Below, piece by piece: positions 24,501 through 34,859 of a stretch of 64,000 bases of DNA. The DNA lies in the NCBI GenBank assembly GCA_002104945.1, contig MCFH01000008.1, positions 682,001-746,000 on the forward strand, given 5' to 3'. Every line of letters starts with the position of its first letter. Position 1 is the stretch's first letter. The notes under the pieces were generated by a model. It saw only the letters and a list, made by a program, of their open reading frames with translations. It was not told the origin of the DNA and did not search any database. The stretch is from Piromyces finnis finn (lineage: Eukaryota; Fungi; Neocallimastigomycota). The translations under genes were made by a program, and so were the position numbers.

Positions 24501-27317
24501 AAGGGGCTTAATATTTTTGTAAGCCAGGTGTTTTTCATGTGATAAGTTTTTGATGTATTGAGGGCAATGAAATGCTGGACCTTTTAAATCTGCAGGCACA
24601 ATGGCTTTTATTTCTTTACCTATAGTTTTGGAAGTATCTAAAAATCTTGAAACCATATCATCAGCCGAAAGGCTATCGCAATTAGCTTCAAGCTCGGAAG
24701 CTAGAACAGCAAAGCGATTACTAGTAAGAATGTCAGAACACTTTGTGTTACAGATATGACTTGACCACTTAAAGGTCTTCTTAGGCTTTTTGAAACCATC
24801 CGAAGAGTCTTTTTTACAAGACACAAGGATCGGTTTGTGATCAGAAACATCGTGGAAAACTTCACAAACTGAAGATTTGTTTATGTGTTCTGTTATAGCT
24901 TTGTTGTATATAATATGATCAATGCATGAAGATTTAGATCCTTTTTCCCAGGTAAAATTATTATCAGTTAACTCAGCCATAGTCCAATCCGGGAAGTGTT
25001 GTGATATATAAGATTTGATTTTAATAGCTAACATATTAAAGTCTCCTACAAGGATAGCTGGGTGGTTGAATTTGTTATGCGTTGTTAACCACTTATCAAG
25101 TTCATCAAAGGCAATTAATCTAGCATCCGGCCATCTAGTTTGCGGGAAGTAAATATTACCGATGGTACATCTCTGGTTCCAAAATGACAATCAATATTGT
25201 AACTGAAATGATGTACTTATATAGAAGAGGTTCAGGAGTAAAGGAACAAGAGTTATGAACACCAATGTAAAGCCCTCTCATGCCTGGAACTTTAGGATTA
25301 GCACGTCTGTGTACTGGTTTATAGTTCGGTAGGCATGGGGAGGAAATTGCATTACCACAGAGGAATTGGCTGTTACCTACTTCTTGAAGACAGACACATA
25401 CAGGTTTGAAAACAGAGATTGAGTATAAAACACCGTCCTTTTTCTCCGGGTTCCAACCATTGATGTTCCAACAAGTACATAAGTTGAAAAAGGAAGCATT
25501 AGAGCTTAGATGACTAAAATAGAAATCGTCAGAGAGTGGACCAGTAGTAGATTTGATAGATCGTTTGTTTTTGTATGATCTATTGTTTTTGAGCTTATCA
25601 ATGAATTTCCAAGATATTTTACTAGAGATTGGGAGTTTTTTAGAAAGTGAGTGTATAAGTAACATGGCTTTAAGCGGGCATTTTCCATTGACTTTTAGAA
25701 TGAAATAGGTACCGAGTGATTGTGAATATTTTTTGGTGAGGGATTGAAGAATATCATTGAAAGGTTGAATGTCCTTTAAAAGAAATTCCATTAGTCGTTG
25801 TTTGGACCATGAACTAAGATCATGGATAAAAATTAGATATGATTTATTGGAGTTAGATCCGAAGAAACGAAGACCACGTCGTAAGGTAGGTACAGTACAA
25901 TTGGTATTGTTCATTTTGAAAGAACTTCTTATGACAATAGATATTAATAATTTGAAGTATTGATATAATGATATAAATAAGATAATGAATAAAATATATT
26001 GTAAAATAAAAATAATATTAGTAAAGACGGATATATTATATAGCTAGTGGATTATTTGTCAAACAATATTTTAAATTTTATAACTGGAAAAGTGGCTAAG
26101 TTGTTGACAAACTTAGTTCTAACTCTACTGAAGACTTTAAACGGGAAAATAAATTTTGAATATCTATCACTTTGGATTTCTGTATTATAACTGTATTTTG
26201 AAAGCTCTTTATATTTATAAGAATTGTATAATTTATTGGATGATTATTGTATTGTGTTGATTCTGATTGTTGAAATTGAACATTCATTTAGGTTGTTTAT
26301 GTTGTAAGGTAGAGAGATAATAAGAGTGAAAAGTTGTTATATCAAAAATAATGGAAAAAGTTGAAGAATTTTGGGTAAACATAATAAAATTTTTTTTTTT
26401 TTTTTAAAGATAAAATTGAAACAAGAGTAGTATTTACAATATAAAAATAGAATACTCGATTTTCCAGGATAGAAGCTTTGATAATAAAAGTATTAAAAAA
26501 AGGTGTTAATACTTACCATAATAGTCCATAATAAACCTAATTAAGTTATACAAATATATAAATATGCATATAATATAAAGTATAAGAAATATATATATAT
26601 ATATAGAAAAGAGATAGAAAAAGTATACAAAGGAATGTTAGTAGAAAAGAGATTCCTTGGAAAATCTAGAGTTACAAAAAATAAGAAATAAAAAAGATAT
26701 TACTAGAATCATATAAAATCATAAAGGAAAAATAAAAAAGCCGCGCCCCTCGAAAATAATAAAAATAGAAAAAAAAAATAAAAGATTAAATATGATTATA
26801 GTAATGAAAGCCGCACCCCACACGAAACTCAAGAATAAATGAAAGGAATAACAAACTAACTGAAAAAACAAAACTATCTGACTAATCAACATATAAAGAA
26901 TAAAAAAGGAATAAAAGAACAAAGAGAATAAGTAGTAAACTGGGATAACAAATTATCGATGAAAGCTAAAATAAAAAATGAAATCAAGAAATATTCAAAA
27001 TCAGTATTTAATACTACCGAATCAAACAATTTTAAGTTTAAAATAATATGTTATAAAGGTTGTTAAAGCAACTACTATCTAAAATAAGTTGAAGGTGTAA
27101 GGGATATATGATATAACAACTAACACTCAAATTATCGACTCTGTTCGCTCAGTACCATGAGCTTAGTCCTAATAATATTTCCAAATAAAGACTAACCAAG
27201 CATCCATTGCGCAATACTTGGATTTAATTCTTTCTACTCTCTCAGTACCATGAGCATGAGTAGACCCCCTTGAGAAACTACATTTATTAAATAAATGAAG
27301 GCACGTACCCAAGAGGG
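21509..27317 (-). mobile_element. Full-length APE-RT non-LTR retrotransposon (LINE) 'E3', ~5.8 kb
   Basis: Poly(A) tail (T-run 21508-21561). 14-bp TSD TTAAATAATAAAAT at 21495-21508 and 27318-27331. About 1.4 kb of 5'UTR beginning with motif copy C. APE-RT coding region. Confidence 0.9.
21612..25914 (-). CDS. E3 polyprotein (RRM-like, APE endonuclease, reverse transcriptase, CX2CX8HX4C knuckle), broken by one frameshift near 25190-25200
   Basis: APE motifs WNING, CLQEV, GNIYFP, LVGDFN, IDHI and SDHKP. RT motifs KAPGPDG, YRGISL, FLDLKKAYDSV, GVRQGCPLSPILF, LFADD and YTYLGI. Knuckle CPCCGYDEQSFYHWILEC. ORFs 25156-25914 and 21612-25190 overlap, and APE is split between them. Confidence 0.9.
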
Positions 27318-27319
27318 TT
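27145..27319 (-). ncRNA. Structured 5'-terminal motif, copy C (E3)
   Basis: Starts at the E3 5' TSD boundary. Stem ACCCUCUUGGG/CUCAAGGGGGU (~27264-27318), hairpin 27234-27263, palindrome 27205-27216, hairpin UUAGUC/GACUAA, and a second GCUCA-UGGUAC-UGAGC at 27147-27162. Confidence 0.6.
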
Positions 27320-27813
27320 AAATAATAAAATGATTTAAATAATAATATTAAATTATGTGTTATAATTACACTGCATATTCAAACATTAATGATAATAATA
27401 ATATATAAATAATAAAATAATGTTTTTATTTTTTAATTATAAAAATACTTTATTATTAAAATATAATCTATAAGTAGATTTATAATATATCTTTGATAAA
27501 TTGATATTTTTTTATTAAAACAATTATTTCTATTTTAATTTTACAATAATAAATTTTAATATTTAATTTTTTTTTTTTTATATTTTATTATTTATTTTTT
27601 ATTTTATTTTTTTTTTTTTTAATTTTATTTTTAATGTTTTTTATTTTTTATTTACTTTTTTTTTTATTTTCATTATTCTATTTTAATTATTATTACTTTT
27701 TTATTTTCTAATTACAAATATTTAATATTACTATTGATAAATAGTATTATTAAAAATTTTATATAAAATAAAAAAATTAAAAAAATTGCATTTTAAAAAG
27801 ATGATTTATTAAT

Positions 27814-28803
27814 TTAGAATAAGAGGGTGAGAGCCATAGCTGAGGCAGCAAGAGTAATTTTAGAAACAGTAGTAGTAGTAGAATCAGAAGAGAATATTCC
27901 AGTAACACCATCCTTAGCCTTATCAATAAAATTCTTTTCTGGCTTTTCAGCAGATTTAACCATGTCGGCGTTTTCATTCTTACCGTCACAAATTAAGTTT
28001 TCTTTATTAACGAAAAGACCTTTAGCGATTTTACATACAGATTCATCATAATTTTCATTGTCCTTAAGGTTAATAGCGTAAGCATAGCATGCGCAAGCAG
28101 CCTTAGAGTCAATGGTTTGTTCACCTTCAATTTTAGTAGTAGTAGTTTGGAATTTCATCATATGAACACCACAATATTGATTATCAACATACTTTGAACA
28201 TTGGAAACTAGTAGCGTATTCTAAAGAATTGAGCATTAATTCAATAATAGAAATAGCTTTTTTATCATCATCAGAAGAAAGACAATCATTTTTAGCATTA
28301 CTTGGAAGAACGTTTCCATAACATTCTGGTTTATCACAGAATTTAGTGACATCAAATGGTTCAGCAATAAAGCTGTTAATACAATCATTAGCACCCTTGA
28401 ATTCTTTAGTTTCCATGTAAGCATCAATGGCCTTAGCACATTTTTCACTAACATTTAATCCACTTAAGCTGTTGGTAAAAGAATCAACAACATCTTCAAA
28501 ACTGGTGAATTTAGCTTGAGTAGAAGATTCCTTGTCAACAGCAATCCACATAGAATTTATAACAGGTGTAGTAAGACCACTTAAGGTACTATCATTACCA
28601 CCAAAAACCTTGTCAATTAAACCCTTAGTACTATCGTAAGCATCAGTAGCTTTATTGTAGGCATCCTTAATACCGTTAAAAGCATCTTTAATATCATCAG
28701 CACCAATTAAATTTTTGATTCCGCTTAATAAATCATCTTTAGCATTAACTTTATTGATAGCAGCTAAAGAAGCGATACTTAAAATGCAATTAATAAATTT
28801 CAT
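27814..28803 (-). CDS. Secreted Cys-rich protein with probable GPI-anchor signal (329 aa, intronless)
   Basis: Signal MKFINCILSIASLAAINKVNA. C-terminus SSDSTTTTVSKITLAASAMALTLLF. Ten Cys are shared with the 30055 paralog. Confidence 0.85.
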   Translation of the reverse strand: MKFINCILSIASLAAINKVNAKDDLLSGIKNLIGADDIKDAFNGIKDAYNKATDAYDSTKGLIDKVFGGNDSTLSGLTTPVINSMWIAVDKESSTQAKFTSFEDVVDSFTNSLSGLNVSEKCAKAIDAYMETKEFKGANDCINSFIAEPFDVTKFCDKPECYGNVLPSNAKNDCLSSDDDKKAISIIELMLNSLEYATSFQCSKYVDNQYCGVHMMKFQTTTTKIEGEQTIDSKAACACYAYAINLKDNENYDESVCKIAKGLFVNKENLICDGKNENADMVKSAEKPEKNFIDKAKDGVTGIFSSDSTTTTVSKITLAASAMALTLLF

Positions 28804-29275
28804 TTTCTTTTTATTTTTAATTATTTTTTCTTTAAATTATATATGTTTACTATTATTATTATTATTATTTTTTTTTTTTGATGAATAAGTAAGAAAAAAG
28901 TTTAAGTATTTATATTAAAAAAAATTTTTTTTAATATATTGAATCTAAATTATTATAAATTAACTCATTAAACTTTAAATTATAGAAATATTTAAATGAT
29001 TAAAATATAATACATAGTATAAGTAAAATATAATACATTGTATAAATGAAGTAATTATTAGATATAATAATTATTTTAATGAAGTATAATATATTTTGAT
29101 ATATTTTATTAATAAATTCAAATTTTGGTTTCTAATAATAATAATAATAATTTTTAATATGACAAAATAAAAAAATATAAATACTATAAAAAACTGTAGT
29201 TAAATGTTCTTTTTTTTTTTTTTAATAATAAAAATATGTTATAATATACCTATTCCATTTATTCCAATTTATATA

Positions 29276-29820
29276 GTCGTTCCAGTTTTTATCCTGGTTG
29301 TTAAGGCGTTTCCTTAGCATACATAAGGCTTCTGGTTCGTCCCCGCAGATGTCAGTGCCTGTGGATTTTCCCACTGGGTTTGCCATGGGTTGGGTTATGA
29401 TATTCAGGTAAGTATAAATGAACTTTCTAATTTACTACTATGATAATAACACTCGTCTAGCCGGCCTGAGAGGGTCTAGTGTACATGGTACATTCCAAAT
29501 TAGAACTTAATAAGTGGTGACTTAGGCTATGCCAAAAACACATAATATTCCTTAATCAATTTAAGTGTAAACATTAGGGGGCGGTTGACACGTGATCAAA
29601 TTGACTATAAGAGGCTTAGCATTGTAGTTGTGAAATATCGTACAACGACATGCATCTAATGTACATGGATTAAGTGAGCGTCGAAGCTGAAGAAACAGTA
29701 TGACAGACCAGGAGGGTCACAACCACCTAGCAATAGGAATGAGCCAACGTTTCTCTAAGAACCACCATTGGAGCTAACTCTGATCGATGGGAGAAATGCA
29801 CTCGGAAGTTAAAAAAAAAA
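29276..29820 (+). mobile_element. SINE-like poly(A) retroposon, copy 2 (535 bp + A10)
   Basis: 13-bp TSD TCCAATTTATATA at 29263-29275 and 29821-29833. A10 tail at 29811-29820. Matches copy 1 over the 444 bp visible. Confidence 0.9.
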
Positions 29821-30054
29821 TCCAATTTATATATTTTCTATTGATGAAGTAAAAAAAATGTTTTAAAATAAATTAATTTAATATAGTCACCCATTATTAA
29901 ATAATTTGTGAATATTGTGAATAAAAAAACATGTATTACTAATATTTTAATGGAAAAATAAAAAAAGTATATAAAATAGTAGAATATCCTTTTTTTTATA
30001 AAAAAAAAAATAATTAAATAAAAGTTCTTTATAATTAAATTAAAAAAAAAAAAA

Positions 30055-31014
30055 ATGAAATTCTCAAATCTTGGTTTTGTTTTAGGTTCATTAATTGCCA
30101 CTGAAGCTGTTTCAGCTGGTTTTCTTGGTATTCTTACTAAGCAAATTGAATCTGCTACTGATATAATTAAGGATGTTGCTGATGTTACTAAAGCTCTTAC
30201 TACTACAATTGACCAACTTACTCCAAATAGTAAGAAATTAAGTGGTATTGTCACTCCACTTATTAATAATATGTGGGTTTCTCTTGATTCTCAATCTTCA
30301 GAACAATCTTACACTTCTGCCAAATTTGAAGATGTTGTAAAGTCATTAAGTAATGGTCTTAGTGGATTAAAACTCAGCGATGTTTGTTCTGAATCATTTA
30401 AGTCTTATATGGATACTGATGATTATAAGAATGCAAGAACTTGTATTGATAGTTTTTCCTCTAGTTCTTTCAATGTTACTGATACTTGTGATGAAAGTAA
30501 GTGTTTCGACATTGTTGTTCCTACAAAAATTATTAACGACTGTTCTTCTGCTGAAGATGACAAGAATGCTGTTGAAATTATAAAGTTACTTATAGGTGAT
30601 TTAGATTATACTCAAAGCTTCCAATGTTCCAAATATTTTGATGGTGAATATTGTGGTTCTTACATGATGAGATATAATAAACAAGAAACTCTTGTTGAAG
30701 GTGAACAAACTGCTTATGCTAAGGCTGCCTGTTCTTGTTACTCATACATCAACAAACTTGAAGGCAATGAAAGTTACAATAGAGAAATTGTAAAGCTTTC
30801 TAATGGTATTATCAATAACAAGAAGGATTTAATTTGTAATGGCCAATTTCCAGCCAATGATGATGTTACTGCTGCTGTTAAACCAAAGGAAAAGAATATT
30901 ATTGAAAAAGCAAAGGATGGTGTTACTGGTATTTTCTCTTCTGATTCTACTACTGTTACCGTTTCCAAAATTACTGTTGCTATTTTTGCAATGGTTCTTT
31001 CATTTTTATACTAA
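30055..31014 (+). CDS. Secreted Cys-rich protein with probable GPI-anchor signal (319 aa, intronless), paralog of 27814-28803
   Basis: Signal MKFSNLGFVLGSLIATEAVSA. Shared blocks TP.IN.MW, FQCSKY.D..YCG, EGEQT..KAAC.CY.Y and KAKDGVTGIFSSDSTT.TVSKIT. Confidence 0.85.
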   Translation: MKFSNLGFVLGSLIATEAVSAGFLGILTKQIESATDIIKDVADVTKALTTTIDQLTPNSKKLSGIVTPLINNMWVSLDSQSSEQSYTSAKFEDVVKSLSNGLSGLKLSDVCSESFKSYMDTDDYKNARTCIDSFSSSSFNVTDTCDESKCFDIVVPTKIINDCSSAEDDKNAVEIIKLLIGDLDYTQSFQCSKYFDGEYCGSYMMRYNKQETLVEGEQTAYAKAACSCYSYINKLEGNESYNREIVKLSNGIINNKKDLICNGQFPANDDVTAAVKPKEKNIIEKAKDGVTGIFSSDSTTVTVSKITVAIFAMVLSFLY

Positions 31015-34000
31015 ATAGATTAATATTTTTGTAAAATAATATGTTTTCTCAAAGAATTTCAATTGTGATTTATATAAATATAAAGGAATAATTTATAGAA
31101 TTATAATTTTATAAATTAATGCTTTTTAATATTAGTCTTATTAAAATATTTTTATTGATAAGTAAAACATAAAATATTTTAATATAAAGAAGTATTAATA
31201 GTTTATTTATCATACATATAATAAATAACTATTAATTATTAGCATAGAAAAAATAAATAAATAACTAAATAAATAATAAATTAAAAAAAAAATAGCTATA
31301 ATAATAAATAAAATAATTATTAATACTATAATTATAATAACAAAAGACTAATAAAATATATTAACATACTTAAATGAAATTAATAATTATAATTATTAAA
31401 TATTTAGTGTATATATAATATATGTGAAAAGAAAAAACAATATAGGTAAAATAGAATAATTGTAGTTAAAAAAATTATAAATAGTATATTATTAATTTAA
31501 TTAATTGAGATTTATATATATTCTTTTAAGAAGAAATATATTATCAAATTTTTTTATAAACGGTATTCAATAAAATATATATGAAACACAAAACGGGAAA
31601 CTTTTTTTTTTAACAATTAAAAAAAATCTAGACTTTTTTTTTAAATAATACGATAATTAAATATTGAATAAAAATGCAATATGTAACAAACGTAATTTTC
31701 TATATAGAACTAAAAATCTTTTTTTTTTTTTTTTTTTTAAATTACATATTATTAAAAATCTTATTAATTAATCTTATTTATTATTAATTTCATTTATGTA
31801 TCATCAACAAATCAAAACTAAGATTTATAGGTCATTTTTATTTTTTTTATTTAAATGAAAAAACTTGATTATAATAATTGAAAGATTTCTCTTTTTTTTT
31901 TTTAAGTTATTTTATAATTTAATTTATTAATTTCATTTATATGTATCATCAATAAATTAAAAATATCTTAATTTTTAGGACTTTTTTCTTTTAAGCATTA
32001 CATTATTATAATAAATAAAGTTTAAAATATAAATTAAATTATTGTATGATTAAAGATAAACAATTTATTCATGATGTGAAATAAGTAAAAACTTAAATTA
32101 TTATTAAAATCACTTTATTAATAATTACATATAATAAATTAAAATAGTTATGGAATAATGTGACTATAATCAATCAAGGAGTAAATAAATTTAAGTGAAA
32201 ACATAAGTTTAATTTATTAATTTAAATAATAAAAACATAAAAGTATAACATAATTTTATGTTATGAAATTAGTTTCTTTTATTTATAATATCTATATTTT
32301 ATATTTATATTTTATTATATTTTATTATGCTTTAATAAGTATTTTTATACTTTTTTTTCAACTTGAATTACTAATTAAACAAACAAAATATAATTATTAA
32401 AAGATATATGAATTATTATTTCATTTCATGTATTTTAATTAATAGCTATTTATTATATTAATAAAAATTTATTTTAAAAATACTAATATATAAAGTTTCC
32501 CTTTAAAAAGGAAATAGAACTGAGTAATATCATTCGTTTAGATAATTATTAATTTTTAATTAAAAAAAGAGAAATTTTAATTTCTTTTTTAATTATTGGT
32601 GGAAAACTTTATTGGAAATAAAGTTTAAAAAAGGAAATTAAATATTGGTTTGATGATAAATGTTGGAAATAAAGTTCATATTAAAATCATTATATTAGAA
32701 ATTAAATATAAGCTAACTATATGTGGTTTATAATGACATTTATGAAATAAATTTCATGTAGTAAATAATGTACTTATATAAATGTATTAAAATATAGTGT
32801 AATTAATTAATATAATTAATTAGTATATTTAAAATTATATAGTAACATAGTTAATAATAATTAATTAATAAGATTAATAAAACTATAGCAAATTATGAAG
32901 TTGATCATAATTATTTAAATAATATATTTAACAACTTTAATTTTTTTATATAAACCATTTTTTCTTTTTGTATAGAAAGCAAATAATTTGTTAAAAATTA
33001 TTAATATAAAAAAGTTTAATAGTAAATATTATTTAATTAATTAATTATTTTATTATGGGCTACAAAATTAATTAAATATAGATGTTACATTTATCAAATT
33101 AATATATACAAATATATTCTAATACTTTATTTTTTATTGCATTTTTTTTTAAATAAAAATAAAGTAGATAATCTTTTTATTTTATTAATCTTGATTCGTT
33201 CTGTATTTAATTTTAAAATTAAAATAATATTTATTCAAAATTTTTTAAATTAACATATTATTAGTAATTGATTATTATTGTTTTAAAATTTATTGTTAAA
33301 CACCATATAATATTATTATAACATATATTATTATATTTCTATAGTATTAAATATTAATTAATTTTTACAATTATTTTTGTTTTTTATAGGTATATTTCAT
33401 ATATAATAATATTAATTTTTATCTTGTAGGTAAAATTGTTACTCATATAATATAATCATGGTTTCTATAGTAATGACTTTTTGAAGTTCTTCTCTCTTCT
33501 CACTAGAATAAGTACATAGATTTTGAATATATGATGTTTTTAATATTTGATAATAAAAATTTATTTTTTTCTAATACTCTTTTAATATCAATTATTTTTT
33601 AATTTTATTTCACAATGAGTATTAACATTTATTTTTTTAAGATATATATAAAAAATGATTGTAATAATTTAAGTTGTATTGTTTCCTAGTAAAATTTATA
33701 ATTTTTATTTTTGCTATTAAATTTTAAATTATAATTCAAAGTATTAGAAAAAAATAATTGAAAAAAGAAAGCATTAATATATAATGGAAAGTCAAATATA
33801 AATAATATATATTATTAAACTTTATGAAAAAGATATTTTAATTTAAAATTTATAAAATAGTAATAATTAAAGATGTCGATAATAAATAAGAGTTTCTTTT
33901 TTTTTTTTTTTTTTTATTTATATATTAATAATGCTCCTTTTCCATTTTATTTATAATAAACTAAATATTTATTATAACATAACTATTAAAAATATTAGTA

Positions 34001-34859
34001 ATACTATAATTTAAATCATTAATTTCGTAATTATTAAAGTTTGATATAAGAATAAATACTAGAAATATCGCCAAAATCTAAATTAAATATTTATATATAC
34101 TACAAAATAATAAGTTTCTATCAGTTCAAAATATATATATATATAAATATTCAGTAATTTGGTGGGTATTTTAATTATTGAACATACAACTATTTTTGCC
34201 ATAAATTCAGTATATGAATATGTAATTTATAGCAAATTTAAAATATTTTTTATTAGATTATTTTAGGAATCTAACTATTCTGTTATAATAAAGTATCAAG
34301 TTATAGAGAAAAATTTTTATTAATTGAATGTAAACTTCGTAATATAACAAAGTTTGGAGTAAAGAACCAATAGAAATGATGATCTAATCAGATATATTCT
34401 TATAAACTATTAAACTTTTTATTGTAGTATTATTAATATCTAGCTCATTTATTTATGGTTAACTATATTTTGATATTTAGAAAAAATATTAGCAAATTAG
34501 TTATAAATGTAAATTTATTTTATGTAAAATGAAATCATATTAGTTAAGTTATATAGAAAGGAAACCCTCATTTTTAAAAGTTTTGTAGCAATAATTATTA
34601 TATTAATGTTTTTTTCTAATTATTCAATAATTAACAAAATGAACTATTGTATTAATAAATTTAGTGAAGAAGTTGCATGGTAGATAATATAGTATTCACT
34701 ACTAAACTTTCCACAAATCATTAATGATTAAATTCTTTGAATTACATACATTAGATCTTATATTATACAGAACATTTGGGATGATTCTCTAATATATTTT
34801 TTTTTCGGCACTTATAATTAAATAACTTTATAGAGCAACTAATAATAGGAATTGTTTTA

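Noticed and set aside
26381-26405. Alternative E3 5' end defined by a 9-bp ATAATAAAA match next to a T-run
   Set aside because: A longer 14-bp TSD at 27318-27331 abuts the conserved motif, paralleling E2. The 9-mer is low-complexity.
26084-26516. Possible intron in the E3 5'UTR (GTAAGT at 26516-26511, TTTTCCAG near 26084) and small ORF 26096-26287
   Set aside because: Such signals are common by chance in this genome, the branch point is unconvincing, and there is no second copy for comparison.
29331-29360. HDV-like L3 (TCCCCGC) in the SINE head
   Set aside because: P3 and P1 have mismatches, and there is no P1.1 GG or CNAA J4/2 at a workable position.
29405-29460. CAG|GTAAGT...CTAAT...TAG intron-like segment inside the SINE
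   Set aside because: Retained in both retroposed copies with no ORF to restore. Probably chance.
31781-32676. Short direct repeats (~35 bp at ~31781 and ~31925; TTGGAAATAAAGTT at 32612 and 32663)
   Set aside because: Only two imperfect copies each in very AT-rich DNA. Ordinary local duplications with no element structure.
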